DNA of 64,000 bases from the human T2T-CHM13v2.0 reference genome, Homo sapiens: the NCBI RefSeq assembly GCF_009914755.1, contig NC_060929.1. The stretch is one strand, 5' to 3'. The notes beneath the pieces are model-generated. The model saw only the letters and a program-made list of their open reading frames with translations, was not told the origin of the DNA and made no database searches. The position numbers were made by a program, and so were the translations under genes. This document shows, one piece after another, positions 43,329-58,326 of the stretch (the stretch's first letter is position 1; the number at the start of each line of letters is the position of its first letter).

Positions 43329-43536
43329 GAGTGGTTTTCAACTGGGGACAATTTTGGCCTCATGGGAATTTGGCTGTGTCTGGAGATTTTTGATTATGAC
43401 AACTCATGAAGTGCTATTGGCTTCATGTGGGTAGGGGACAAGGATGCTGCTAAACACTCTATAGTATAAAGGATAGCCCCTTATAACAAGAATTTTCTGA
43501 CCCAAATGTGAATAGTTCCAAAGTTGAGAAACCCTG
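43329..43536 (+). mobile_element. MER20 (hAT-Charlie)
   Basis: agtggttttcaactgggg...aggatgctgctaaacac...aaatgtgaatagt...gttgagaaaccctg. Confidence 0.85.
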
Positions 43537-43646
43537 CTGCAGAAGTATTATTTTATGCATTTCTTGTATCAAAAAATACTTTCTTGAAATTGTTCAAAAA
43601 ATAAATACACAAAACCTGTGAGAGCAAAGAATAGGAGCATCTACTA

Positions 43647-44290
43647 CAGTCATGCATCACCTAGCACTAGGGATGTGTTCTGCAAACTGTGTCCTTAGGT
43701 GATTTTATCATTGTGCGAATATCATAGAGTATATTTACACAAATCTAGATGGTAGAGCTACACATCTAGGCTGTATATCGCCTATGTCTTCTAGGCTACA
43801 GACCTCTACAAGTGGTTACTATACTGTATACTGTAGGTCACGGAAGCACAATGGCGGCCGGGCGCAGTGACTCACACCTGTAATCCCAGCACTTCTGGAG
43901 GCCAAGGCAGGTAGATCATTTAAGGCCAGCAGTTTGAGACCAGCCTGGCCAACATGGCGAAACTCAGTCTCCACTAAAAATATAAAAAAATTAGCCAAAC
44001 GTGGTGTCAGGCACCTGTAATCTCAGCTACTCAAGAGGCTGAGGCATGAGAATAGCTTGAAGCCGGGAGACAGAGGTTGCAGTGAACAGAGATTGTACCA
44101 CTGCACACCAGCCTGCACAACAGAGTGAGGCTCAGCCTTAAAAAAGAAAAAAAAAGTAAAGCATTAGTGTGTCTAAACATATCTAAACATAGAAAAGGTA
44201 CACTAAAGCTATTGTATTATAATCTTATGACACCACCATTGTATATGCAGTTTGTCATTAACCGAAACATCATTATGCAGTGCATGACTA
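43647..44290 (+). mobile_element. Tigger3a-like MITE interrupted by an Alu
   Basis: TA + cagtcatgca...tgcatgact terminal inverted repeats; internal ctaggctaca and tctaaacatatctaaacatagaaaaggtaca. Confidence 0.88.
43856..44155 (+). mobile_element. Alu (S-like) inside Tigger3a
   Basis: ggccgggcgcagtg...A tail. Confidence 0.96.
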
Positions 44291-44405
44291 TTTAGTTTAG
44301 AGAGTAAGCAGCATTTAAAACTGTCTTCAAATATGTGAAAGACTATTATGCAGAAGATGGTAACCAGCTGTTCTCTATCACGCTGGAAGAATGAACAGGA
44401 AATGT
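44291..44405 (+). mobile_element. CR1/L3 LINE ORF2 3' relic
   Basis: ctgtcttcaaatatgtgaaagactattatgcagaagatggtaaccagctgttctct translates to VFKYVKDYYAEDGNQLFS, a CR1-type C-terminal motif. Confidence 0.55.
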
Positions 44406-45280
44406 ACATAAAAGGACCCGTGCAATTCACCCATTCTTTTTCTGCTTCCTTCATGCCAGCTAGACAAATCTCTTCATGATCTTGCAACCATATTTGTCCT
44501 GGCCTGTGTCTTAATACTTGCAGAGACCCTCCCAAATCCTGGGTACACATTTTCTTTTCACTGCCAAATCTCATCTCTTTCTCCCTTTAAAAATCTTAAT
44601 TGAAAATTTCTATCTCCATAAAATCTTCCTTAACTAAGATGAAATAGTTGCCAGTTCATCTTTAACTAGAGCTGGCATACTTCTTCCTTCAACATGTTAT
44701 CTGTCAGTCTGAAAATATGTTACTGCCCATCTGTGTACAAGGAGTTGTGCTAGATTTTGATAAAGGATTAAAAAAAGGTAAGTAAGAGAGTCATTGTTTT
44801 TAGGAATTTTCCAATTTGGGGGGAAAAATCTGACACAGATAACTATATAGTATTTAATAATTATCTCCATGAGAGGTTTCTTAAAAAATAAGAAAGGAGG
44901 TTTTAGAAGTTTAAAGATTACTTCTAGGTAGGGAGGTCAAGAAAGACTTTACAAATAGATATATGGGTGTATCTTTTTTTTTGTTTCTTTGATGAATTTA
45001 TTCTTCAAGGAAAAAGCAGTTACTATTGTCGCCAAAATTTAAAGATTATAAATTAGAGTAGTGTGGATTTAAAGTATATTTATGAAAAAAGTTCATAGTG
45101 AGCAAGGGTTAAAATATTAGAGTGATTTAATCCACTCACAATTTATAAGACTAGGAAAGATAATTTTTCAGGATCTATGTGGCTATATGGTGGTTTTAAC
45201 AAAGAAGACTGAATTTAGCCACCTCTGAATGTACCTGATGAGGCTCTGTAATTTTATAAGACAGTGCTCTTTGGAAATAA

Positions 45281-45584
<304 letters not shown>

Positions 45585-46292
45585 TGGAAAGAATTCTTAG
45601 TTACATCTAGGAGAAGAATATTTTGGAACTTCACAAGCATACTTTAAAAACCAGTACCAAAGCAGGAATTTGGCACCATCCATTTGAGATGGTGATTCTA
45701 GAACTTCTTTAGGAGACAGTCTTACTTACTAAGAGTTTCCACAACCTGTACTATGAGAAAATTAAAAAGAATTAACCCTCATCAAATATGTAGTATGTGC
45801 CAGGCACTGGGTAGACCCTTTAGATATATCATGTGATTTAATCTGGATAACAACTGGTGAATTTATCAACACCAACATTATAAGGAGGCTTCAGAGAATT
45901 AGTATAAATTTCCATCCAATTAAGGAAGGGAAACAGAGCAAATCTCAGGCCTGCATAGGAAGCCATCTCTGAGTGGAGACCATCAGCTTGCCTTTTCCTT
46001 TTGAAGCAGCAAGGACAACATCTATTTTTATAAAGCTTTACATGGTGATATGTGCATTCTCTGTAGTTGAAATGGGAAAATGAGCTGTTCAGAGTTCATT
46101 GATGGCCATGGTTTTCTGCAGGGCTCACTGCTGGAAAACTATCTGCAACTGTATTAGTCATATATGAATCTGAGTTTCTGCCTGCTCTTTTCCACACATT
46201 CTGAAAACCTCAGCTCTAGGAATGGTACAGATATTAAATTAGTATGGAATTTTTTTGAATGTTAATATTTGTGTTCTTTAAAGTCATTATGG

Positions 46293-46919
46293 TTTTTTAT
46301 TTTTTATTGTATTATTATTATTTTTTTATTACACTTTAAGTTCTAGGGTACATGTGCACAATGTGCAAGTTTGTTACATATGTATACATGTGCCATGTTG
46401 GTGTGCGGCACCCATTAACTAGTCATTTACATTAGGTATATCTCCTAATGCTTTCCCTCCCCCCTCCCCCCACCACACAACAGGCTGCGGTGTGTGATGT
46501 TCCCCTTCCTGTGTCCAGGTGTTCTCATTGTTCAATTCCCACCTATGAGTGAGAACATGCGGTGTTTGGTTTTTTGTCCTTGAGATAGTTTGCTGAGAAC
46601 GATGGTTTCCAGCTTCATCCATGTCCCTACAAAGGACATGAACTCATCCTTTTTTATGGCTGCATAGTATTCCATGGTGTATATGTACTACATTTTCTTA
46701 ATCCAGTCTATCGTTGATGGACATTTGGGTTGGTTCCAAGTCTTTGCTATTGTGAACAGTGCCACAATAGACATACGTGTGCATGTGTCTTTATAGCAGC
46801 ATGATTTATAATCCTTTGCATATATACCCAGTAATGGGATGGCTGGGTCAAATGGTATTTCTAGTTCTAGATCCTTGAGGAATCGCCACACTGTCTTCCA
46901 CAATGGTTGAACTAGTTTA
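46293..46919 (-). mobile_element. L1PA (about PA5), 5'-truncated 3' end
   Basis: ORF 46688-46903(-) WKTVWRFLKDLELEIPFDPAIPLLGIY... is the L1 ORF2p C-terminus; 3' UTR and T-rich tail present. Confidence 0.96.
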
Positions 46920-47101
46920 TTTGGTTTACAGTTAGTAATACAGTTAAGAGTGGAGACCTTCCTTGAGTTTTCATTCTTTGAGCTTCTTTTTTTTTAATAG
47001 AAACAGCTTTCGATGGTAACCTTAACCATGCCTTCCATAACTCAAAACATGATGGACTCTTAGTTAACTCTATGTAACTGGATTTTGTTTTTCTCCTAAA
47101 G

Positions 47102-47222
47102 TTGTTCTACGCTGCTGCGTATCATTCAATGTTGATGTGAAAAATTCAATGACTTTCAGCGGCCCGGTGGAAGACATGTTTGGATATACTGTTCAACAAT
47201 ATGAAAATGAAGAAGGAAAATG
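47102..47222 (+). CDS. ITGA1: Integrin alpha-1 exon 2 (end of signal peptide, start of beta-propeller)
   Basis: ctcctaaAG|TT GTT CTA...AAA TG|GTaagc; 121 bp, phase 1-2; (V)VLRCCVSFNVDVKNSMTFSGPVEDMFGYTVQQYENEEGK(W). Confidence 0.98.
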
Positions 47223-47739
47223 GTAAGCCAGTGGGTTTTGTTGTTGTTATTTACTTATTTCACAAGGTAATGAGAAATATTATTTGACTACAGTTTCTTT
47301 TATGAATGAAACTTTAACAGAATGAATTATTTATGGTAGAAAATGCAGTCTAGTCATTTGGCAATGGAAGCTAACTTAAAGTAAAAAAAAAAAAATTCCT
47401 TGGCAATATTAGAGGAAGCGATTAGTGATTTCTGTTGATGCCTGGATTGACCTCAAGGAAGGTCTGTATCCAAAAAAGCTATTGTTCCATAATTATGTTT
47501 TTTGGCAAGAATTCTTTAATTGTTCTCATTTCAGAGTAGCTTAAATGCACTTGTTTGAAATTCAGTAGGAAGGATTCGGAGGCAAATGAGATGGTGCTCT
47601 GAAAGGGTTTAACACACTTCCGTGAGTTTGGTCTTTACTGATCTACTGAGCTTGGTCTAATGTTTATAATGAACTTTATTGGGTTTCTGGTATCTACCTT
47701 CAAACCCTTTAATATTGGTTAAGTTCATTGTAGATAGGA

Positions 47740-48036
<297 letters not shown>

Positions 48037-49569
48037 GTAGATATGATTTTTAAAGTATATTTAACTTGTTGAAAATTATATAAACTGAATATTAGAGTTC
48101 TTTTGCTTAATATTTAATAGAATTTTTAGTAAATGCAATTTTTGTTTAATTGGACATTCTAGGAAAGAAGAGCAGTAGCTAAACTTTAGTTTAATAACTT
48201 AAACTAAACAAGCCTACATTTTTAGTAGCTGTAATAATAAGCAAAAAGAGATTTATATCTACTTGGATAATAAAGATCTATGAATCACTATAATTATTTC
48301 ATTAATAAAAATATGTGGATTTTCTGCATTTTGTTTTATCTTTTAGACTTGGTTAATTTGATAATAATGCCCTAAAGACTATAAAAAGTAATGAGTTCTC
48401 ACATTTTTTAAGTACATTATTTTATGCTAGGTATAAACTAGAATTTGTTGAGATACTTCACTCTTTTATTCTCCTTACAAATATCTCAGATGACAAACCC
48501 AATGCTACATGCTAAATTTTTAAGTTCCCTTTCCCTCCCTCCTATACTCTCCACCCATCCCATTCCCCAATTTTTAAGGTTAAATGAGTACAGCCCTCCC
48601 TCTAGACACCAGCTTTATTCTTTTAGGAATTATACCTTCAATTCAGGTACCTCTGGGAGAATAATGGTGAGTAGACCAACTGGTCAGACTTTGTGCGTAA
48701 GCTATAATAAACAGAAATGCAGTACATGTTATTCTTAAAAAGCTTAACTTTACATAAACACATATAAAAGTTAATTTTCACTAATTACTAATAGTTACAC
48801 AAATTTTAAAGAGGAGTATAGCAAATAGCAAGCTTTAAGACTTAAACCACCTACTTAAAATGAAGTATCTCTTTTAAGGATGGTTAAATATTGCTAAAAT
48901 ATTTTATGAAATTCTCATTTTCAATTTCTGATATCAGAAAAACCTGTATGTTTTCTTTCTTATCCAGTCCTGTCTCTGTGATTTTAGAAAAATCTGATGT
49001 CAGAAGTCCTTAATTATATGAATGAACCTTAGTAGAGTGAAAAGGGGTTCATATTTCTTTTTAGAAGCCTTAGTGCCCCCATTTGATCTCTTTAGTCACT
49101 GTTTCTCATGATAAGAACCTATCCTATTGTGAGATTTCCACCCTCTAAATTCTACAGTCCCTCCTTTCAAGGCACCAGAAGTCAAAGCAATGGAAAATTG
49201 AAAAATCAGGCCTGAATGAAGCCTTGATGTCATGAGGAATGTCCTTCCTAAGGTTATTCTATCTTTGTAGAAAGTTAAGGTATGGATGAGGAAAAAGAAA
49301 GACAGCCAACACTGGTTAAGGAACAAAAGAGTGCATAGATTGGATAGTAAGAATAAGGTTGCAAGAACGATGTTGCTAATGGTCTGTCTGAATGAATCTA
49401 CACTGGACTGAACCATCACAATTCTACATACATTTGTGAGGTAATGTTAATAAGAGATCGGGGACTATGCCTTATATCTTGGTTTACCCATGAAGCTGAG
49501 TTGAATTGTCTCTGAAAATATTTGTTGGTGGGTTAGGTTTTTTTTATTTAGCCATAGCATAAATGTGGG

Positions 49570-50450
49570 TCAGTCAATCAACATGTATTTATGTAATACA
49601 TTTTATGTGTCTGGCATTATGCTAAATTCCATGGGAAATATTTATACATAAAACAAATATAAAAGCTTTAACCTAGTCAAGGACATACATGAAATGTTTA
49701 GGAATAGAGAATAGTGCCAACAACCAGTGCAGAATAGACTATAAATTCAATGGGAATTCAAAACAGGAGGAGATGATTCTTGGTTCTTGACCTAAGTCTT
49801 GAAAGATGACTTAACTTTCAATATGAGAAGAAAAATGTCACTCCAAGCTTGGGAAGCCACAAGAGCAAGGGCCCAGACTTGAGAATAAGTGAGGTGAGTG
49901 TGTTGGTAAGTAAACAGGTCTCATATTGGGATGAAAAAAGAGAAAAGGATGATGGCAGATCTTGAAAGACAAACACAGGAGCTTGGACCTAAGATGAGGA
50001 CGTTGAGAAGCCATCATAAGTTGTCATTTTATGAAACTTAATTTGGGAATTTACATATAAATTGGATTGGAGAATGGAGTTCCTGAAAACTAGGAAATAT
50101 ATAGACTCAAGAACTATAATCTGGTACTTAAGGGATGAGCCTTCAGGCTGTATTAGGGGCAACTGGAAGAAAAAAGAAAGGTGTATTCAAGACAAATCAA
50201 GATGAATCAGTAAATCTTGGTGGAAGTTTGGAAATGGTCAATGAAGGTGTAGGAGAGGTCAGATAGATTCCAAAATTTCTGTACTGGCTCATTGGGAAAT
50301 GGGTTGTCATTGACAGAGAAAGGGAAATTCACTTATCAGGAAGTGGGTAAGTCTATTTTTAAATAGCTCCAGTTCAAGGTGATTTCTAGGTAGTTGGAAA
50401 CCTCAGACTGGAATGCAGGTAAGAGGGAGAAGTTAATGTGTTAGTGGAAA
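49570..50450 (-). mobile_element. L2 LINE relic
   Basis: cagtcaatcaacatgtatttat...tgtgtctggcattatgctaa; cttgacctaagtcttgaaagatga. Confidence 0.55.
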
Positions 50451-53400
50451 TGCCTAGAAAACAAAGACTGATTTTGCAGCCCACTTGCAACCCTGGGCAC
50501 TACCCCACATCTAGCATGAGGCCTTATACATAATATGCACTCAATCATTATTTGTTGGCTGAACAACTAAATCTAGTTTAACACTCTGTTATCATCAATT
50601 AAAAAAAAGCTGCATAAAAAATAAAGTTAAATGTGACTCTCCTAGGGAAATGCAACTACTTAGGACCAGAGCTGTAATAGATTTCATCTCTACACTCAGT
50701 CTTGTGCCTTTTTCTTCATTAGAACTATATTTAAAAGTAAATGTTGTTAAAAACTATCTTTGTGGTAGGTACCAGACTTTACATATTAATATGTGTGTAA
50801 GTTTGTAAGCATTTGAATGTAGATGATATCAGAAACCTAAATCTCACGTTGACATTTATTATTTACAATGATTTTATGGAAAAGTTGTGAAAAATCAGAG
50901 CAACCAAAAAGATGTGGGCAATTGAATTTAAAAGTAAGCAAATTACAAATACCTAAATTTCCAAACTTTTAAGGATAGCATGGTAGCAGCATATTGTTCT
51001 AAAGAAATCTGGGATCTGGTAGTGCAAAATAACCTGTAGAAACATGTTTGGATGTTCTGTAAGTGTCTATAAAAACAGATAGATTGCAGACTTACTTCGA
51101 GAAATGTGCTACAGAATAATTGACATATTTGGAGGAACATGGATTTTGTTATTTAATTATCTCTAGAGGTAGGCACCTTCATAAGTCATATTTACTGCTC
51201 ATGCTTTCGAATTTCATAAACTCATATTTAAAAAAATCATCCTGACCCATCTTACGTCGTGACTATAGTACGCCTATAGAAGGAGCACTTGTTAGCCCAT
51301 GACAAGTACAGTCTGTGTATTTGAAAAACATAGCTTTAATTCTTTCGAAAGAAATATAAGTTGACAGAAAAGGTAGCCTTATGTCCTCTTTACTGTTCAG
51401 AAGTTTGCTCTGAAGTGTAATTTATATCTTTTGCTCAGAAGCCACATGCTTTCTCAGTAGCAGAACACATCATACATCTGATTAAGATCAGCTGTTGTTC
51501 ATTATGTTTAGCATGAGCTGGAGCATCCAAGTAATTGCAATGTGGTTCAGAAGAATTCAGAAAGAATATAATTGCCTTCATAATTTTGCTTTGAGGAAAA
51601 GAAATTCAAACATGCTCAGCACAGCACAAGCCTTCCAGATTTCCAGATTTAGTGGTAAACATCAGCATGGCCAGGTCTCAGCCGAACGGGAAAATGTGAG
51701 ATGTCTGTTTGGGGCTTTCCACTCTAATCTGTTGCTGCTTTGCTTCATTCCTTCCAGCATGTGTGCCTACCCTTTTAACTGCCCTTCAAGCAACCTTTCT
51801 TGGGGGTTTCAGTGACTTCACTGGACCTGTCTGATCTCAAAGTAGATTTTCAGGATCCACCCTTGCCAACCTTCAAGCCAATGTTTATCAATTATCTTGA
51901 CTTCATGCCTTTTCTCTAGAGGATCCTGCTTTATGCCAGGTCAGGGTACCAATGGGCTCATGTGATTGATGCCCTATTTCCAATAAGTCTGTGTTGTAAA
52001 AGAAAAAAGAATCCCTGCTAATGTAGAGCTATTCCAGACTGGGGAGGAGAGACATTTTAAGGGTTTACACAATTTTCTGTAACAGATTTTAATATGCTTA
52101 TTTTACATTGCTTCTAACGCCTTTTGAAGTTGAAATTTCCTCATTGCCAAACTTGTCATTTCTTTGGCTCCCCTCATTTCCACCCCTCCACCTTTTATGA
52201 GCAAATCACTGCAGTTAATGGGTCACTGTGTAAGTTTCATTCTCTAAGATGAAAAAATGCTTATTCCATTTATTTAAAAAGAAATTGGCGAGCAGAATTT
52301 GCTTGGCACTCTGAGAGTGACTTTGGCTTGAACTATGTATTAGACATCAAGGCAGAGTTAGTTGAAAAGGATGTTAATGAAATAATGTAAATATAAGACA
52401 CTCTTTTCCAAGAAACTATCTTTTGCAGGGAAGAAAACATAAATATGAAACAGAGACATCAGACACCACCTACTCTTCAAATAAATATAATAATGGGCAT
52501 AATAACAAGATAACTATTGTGAATAGCAAATATTTCTGCTTACTAAATATTATTATAATTGTAGCTTATTCATGGAGAAAAGTGTTTCTCTCACTTTGAT
52601 GATCCTTGAGTTGATCAGATGTTTCTCCAGAAATGAGTAACGATATCCAGAACATGTTTTGATCTTCTCAGTCTGCATACAGGTCATTACAAAAATGCCA
52701 TATAAAAAGCAAGATCTAATAGGAATAAAACGTAATAAGTTAAAACTAACTTGCATTAAATTTTAAAATAATGATTCTCACAGTTTATAAAACAATGTGC
52801 CTGGGCCTTCACCTTGACCCTGTGGGTTTGGGCGGATATCATTGTTATCATCTGTATTTTCTAGACAGGAAACTGAGACAGAGAATGAATGTCCAAAGGT
52901 TTAATATAGCAAGTATGTCACAGGGTCAGGATATGGAACACCAGCCTTCTGACTTTTTAGCCAATTCTCCCCCTTTAGCAACAAGGATTCTCTAGCTGTT
53001 TGACCTGGAGAAATGCCTCTGGTGTCACTCAAAGGCATGTATAGCATCCCACTTAAGCTGAATATATATTCTCTAAAATGGAAAAAAAAAGATTTTACAA
53101 TCCAGACCTCTTGGCTGGTCACATAAGTATAAATTCTCAGGTCTGCCTTATTCAGATTTTTAAGTACTTGACACAGTCGTTAATTCATTCATTCAATAGA
53201 TATTTATTGAATGCCTATTTTGTGCTTGGTACTAGTATGAGCACTAAGGATGTGTTTGTGAACAAAATAGAAAAACCAATCCCTACTATTGTGGAGCTTA
53301 TATTCTACTGGGGAATAGAGAACAAAAATTAAATAATGAAGTTAATAAACAGGTAGGTTACATCAAATGCCAGAATAGGATCAGTGTTGTGAGAAAAAAC

Positions 53401-54410
53401 TGAGCAAGAGAGTGGATTGAGAATGCTGGAGATTCCTGAAATTCTGTAAACCCTATGCTAATACTTTTCTAGGATCTTGTTATTTTGATGCAGTTGGAGA
53501 AAAGTGAGGCTTCCTTAGGATTCAAGTGGTAAGATACACGTACTTTCAAGCTTGTTATTAAAAGTTTCATGTTTGTTTTCAAAGAAAACAGATACTAGGA
53601 AAATACAGAAAATTAGCAGTCCTATGATCTGCTAACCTGGTCTTTACTATTGGTCCCAACTCCCAAACTCCCTGTCTCAATCCTGGGCTCCTACACTCTA
53701 CCACTTTCTAAGTTCTCACTCCGCAATCTTCACTTATCTCAGAATATGCAATAGGCCGTGGTTGAGATTGCTGTATCAGGTCAGTTTCCAATTATCACCA
53801 TATCCTAAGTGCTTTCTCTTGCCCTAGAGATCAAACATAAACTCCAGACCTTTTCCTCCAGAGCCAAATGCTTGCCAAATCTCAAGCTCTCTGTTCCTGT
53901 CTATAAGCAAGCTTTATTCTGAGTTCTAGCCACCCATACTTTCTCATTATCTTCCCTTTTCCATCTTCATTCTCCTGTCTCCACACTTTTCCCTGGGCTA
54001 TCCATATCTCCCTTTCCTTCTGCCTTACAATTCACAATAGCTCTCCTATTAGCATGCTGTACAAGACTCACTTTTCATCAGTTATCCTAGATTTTCCCCC
54101 ACTTGATATTACATGTTTTCCAACTAGTGAGTCAGTTCTTCTCTACAAACTTATATTTGTTCTATTCAGATGATGGAATCTTAGAACTGGAAAGGACTTT
54201 GAGGGCCTAACTCCCATCCACTATAAAAACACCTTCCGAAACATCCCTGGCCAGCTGCAACCCACCTCATCTTGACCAGAGGAGCTGCCTGACAGACCTA
54301 CGTATGCCTTATCAGTTTAAATCTTCATCGCTCTCTACAAGCCCACCACCCTTCTACCTCCTCTGTAAATCTCACTAGACAACTGCAGCTATTATTTTCC
54401 AAAGAAGAAA

Positions 54411-54411
54411 A

Positions 54412-54449
<38 letters not shown>
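54411..54449. repeat. (GA)n microsatellite
   Basis: Read directly from the sequence. Confidence 0.95.
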
Positions 54450-54452
<3 letters not shown>

Positions 54453-54482
54453 CTACTAGGTCAAAATTTAATCCTCACTTCC

Positions 54483-54940
54483 TGTTTCAGTTAACTATTG
54501 CTGCATAATAAGTCATTCCAATACTTAGTCACTTAAAGCAGCAATGGTCTATAAATTCTCAAGATTTTTGAGGATTGAATAGGTATTCCCCTATTGCCTG
54601 GGCTCATCATCTGGTCCCTCAACTGGGGCTGGAGTGTCCAAGCTGGCTTTCCTCACACGAGTGGAAGTTCATGCTGTCAGCTAAAGCACCAATTCTGTTC
54701 CACGTGGCCTCTTATCCTCTGTTAAGCAACACTGGGCTTCTTCACATCCTGATGTTCTCAGCTTTCAAAAACAGGTAAAATGGAATCTGCAAAGGCCTTT
54801 TAAGGCCTAGCCTTAGAAGTCATAGTATCATTTGTGCTGCATTCTATTCATCAAAACAAATCCTAGATTCAATGGGTGGAAAAACAGATTCTACCTCATG
54901 AAATAATAAAAGTCAAAGTCGTGTTGCAAAAGTGTACACA
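54483..54940 (-). mobile_element. MLT1F/G/H-like LTR
   Basis: tattgctgcataataagtcattccaatacttagt...cttaaagcagcaa...aaggccttttaaggcctagccttagaagtca. Confidence 0.75.
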
Positions 54941-55499
54941 ATTCCAAACCATCGACCACCCTTGCAAACTGCTCAATACTGGGCTGCTCAGCGTGCTGCC
55001 TAGGGAATGGTCGCTCTTCCTCATTTTTAAGACAAACCTCTCCTTCTGGATCCACCCTGTCTACCTGCTCAGAGATTCTACTCCCTCTCCTGTGAAATCA
55101 GGATTTCTCTTGTTACTGTTTCTTTCTTGCCATCATTTAGCCATATGCAGATTGCCTCCATGATAAATTTGGACACATCTCAAGCCCTTAATGGTTTGTC
55201 ATTGCCCTGAAAAAAAAAAGCCACATTTATTAACACTGCCCATCTCCCTCATTTTTAGCCAAGTTACTTGAAATGAAATCTGCCACAAACATGTACCTCT
55301 CATTCTTGCCTCCTATTCTTTATATTGTTTCCTTCTTTGGTTTCTGTGACACTGCTGTTTTCTGATTCTTGCTCCCTTTCTGATTACCCTTGCCTAGTTT
55401 TCTTCCTTTGCTCATTGAAACCTTAAGTGTTATTTCACCTTCAGATGTCAACATTTAGTGCTCTTCTCACTATATTTCGAGGTGGTAATATTTACTTTT

Positions 55500-55750
55500 A
55501 GGGCCTCAACCATGCTCATATCATGCTCATACATGTTCCACATGGTTTCTGAGATGTTCCCCAGCAAGACTGAGCCCACTTGCCTACAGAAGTAACTCAT
55601 TATCAGTGCATCCTTTCTTGGCCTTTCTTCCTTCCCACTCTTCTTTTCCCCATCTCTATACTTATGCATACTTGGAATTGCCTCCAAAAAACTTACCTGA
55701 ACCAAAGTTTTTGTCTTGGATCTACTTTTGGAGAAACCCGAACTAAGACA
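55500..55750 (+). mobile_element. ERVL-type LTR 3' part (LTR33/LTR16-like)
   Basis: Ends with tgtcttggatctacttttggagaaacccgaactaagaca. Confidence 0.55.
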
Positions 55751-56529
55751 GCTTATATCCTAAATATTTATAGAGTTAGTCCTTCCATCCTCTGTACTTC
55801 CTGAATCCAAATCCTCATCTGGATTACTTTAGGAATCCATATCTTGTCATTTGACTCTAATTTTGTTCCTCTTCAATTTACTTATGACACTTCAAGCAAA
55901 TAAGCTTTGTAAATCAAAAAGGTGATCATGTTACACCCCTCTTTAATAGCTTCATTGGTTCCCAACTTCCCCCTACATAGAATAAAGCCAAAGTTCTTAA
56001 AGCTGACTATGAGAACATTCATGATCTGGACTCTTTTTACCTCTCTAGCCTCAACTTCTACTGCAGTTATACTGAGCTACTTGGCATTTATCAAAGGAGT
56101 GGTATTCTTACTTCTAAGACTTTGCTGAAGTTGCATCAAGTTCAGACCTATTCAATATTGCAATAGTACATGTATAGTTGTGCTTCTCTCTCTAAGTTAT
56201 AAGCAAACTAAAAATTGTGTTTTATTCACTTTTGTATCATTTTATATCCTCAGGACCTGGCATAAATGCCCAGCATGTAAAATATTGTTAATAAACATTA
56301 ATTACTCCAGCCTCAAATTAAATACTTTCTAAAATCGTAGGCTCATTTTTTTCTCTAAACTGTTTTTAACTGTAAAACCAATTTATTCCATTACGTATTT
56401 TACAACTGAAAATATTAGGAAAAAATAATCGTAACCTCATTAATATAATTTGTTATATTCTTGATGTATTCCTGATTAATCTTTCAACATCGATGTTAGT
56501 TGTTTATTCATCTGAAATAAATACCTAAT

Positions 56530-56860
56530 AATAATAAGAACTAACATTTAGATAGCACATACTATAAGCCAAATACTGTTCTAAGCATTTTATATACATT
56601 AACTTATTTATTTTTTTGATGATCCTCTGAAATGGATCTCCATTTTATAGATAAAAAAACTAAATCACAGATGGAGTAATTGACTTGTCCTAACCATATA
56701 GCTAAGTGAATGGTAAAGCCATAATTTGAACTCATATAGGCTGGCACCAAAGTTCATGCTATATTTCATGGAGAAGATTAAATTATTTAATACACAGAAA
56801 GCACTTAGAACAGGGCCTAGCACATGGTATAAATTCAATAAAGCCTAGCTGCCATTATCA
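56530..56860. mobile_element. MIR fragments in opposite orientations
   Basis: ctaacatttagatagcacatactat...ctccattttatagataaaaaaact; aaagcacttagaacagggcctagcacatggta. Confidence 0.65.
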
Positions 56861-57399
56861 GTGGTAGTATAATGAACATAGTAATTTGGTGTCTTTCATG
56901 TTAAATTAGGGCACAGATTTTCACTAAATTAGATAAATTTTCACTTTGAGTTCGATCATAAATAATTTTTCATCCTACCATACAATGAATGTACAATATG
57001 CTATAGAATGATCCTGAAATAATTAGTTTTTATTTACCATATTTCTTTTACTCTTTCATAATTATATATAACACTATGAGCATTATCTTTGTGCATTAAG
57101 CTTTTCCCTCTTACTTTAGGTCATTTTATTTAGGATAGATTCCCAGAAGTAAAAATTATGTATTAAAGGGTTTGAGCATTTTTGTAGTTCTTTATACAAA
57201 TCAGAAATTGCTTTCCAAAGGCATTATATTAAAACCATGTTTTAGAGTCTCAATAGCTTAATATTTACAATTGTTTTATAAAATTTATTTTCATTAATAC
57301 TAGCATGCCTATAGGGCCTACACAAAATAAATCCCATTTCTTTTCAATATGACAGACTTTCAAATATTTAAATTTTCAAAATGTGTGCCTAATCAATTT

Positions 57400-57780
57400 G
57401 TACTTCAATGCAACTTCTCAGTTCTCCTGCAGACATTCTTTCTCCATGCCGAACATCCCCAACTTTCCCAGCATCTTTTGTCTGACAAATTTACCAGACT
57501 CCTAACTATCTGAGTCATAGTCTCCTAAATACATTCCATTGTGCATATGTCCCTCTTAATTTAGATATTTCAGACATGGCCTGACCAGCACAGAACACAG
57601 GGGGACTATCACTGCTTGACCAGGGCATCTATTTCCAGCACTGCAGACTAAAGTCACATTAGCATTTTTGGCACTAAAATACGCTGTTGCTCATGTTTAT
57701 GTGCTATCATCTAAATCCCCCATGCCTTTTTCACATGAACTCCCATTAAGTGAGGGCTCCCACATCCTGCACTGATATAA
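57400..57780 (-). mobile_element. CR1/L3 relic
   Basis: ttcagacatggcctgaccagcacagaacacagggggactatcact...attagcatttttggca...ctttttcacatgaact. Confidence 0.55.
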
Positions 57781-58002
57781 ATAATAGTATGCAGCTGAGC
57801 GAAGTTATTTATGTAGGTTCTAAGTAAACTTTAGTTTATTTATGTTTATTGTTCCAGAATGTTGAGATTCATCTGAATTCCTAAGTATGTATATTGATAT
57901 ACTTGATAAGTATTTTTTTCTTGCTCTGTCTTATGGTGCTGATTGATAACTATATTTATACTTTTTATATCTTGACTAAAGTCATTAATAAAGTTGTCAT
58001 CT

Positions 58003-58326
<324 letters not shown>

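Noticed and set aside
44775-44783. Perfect donor AAG|GTAAGT
   Set aside because: No convincing acceptor at exon distance, and isolated consensus donors are expected in long introns.
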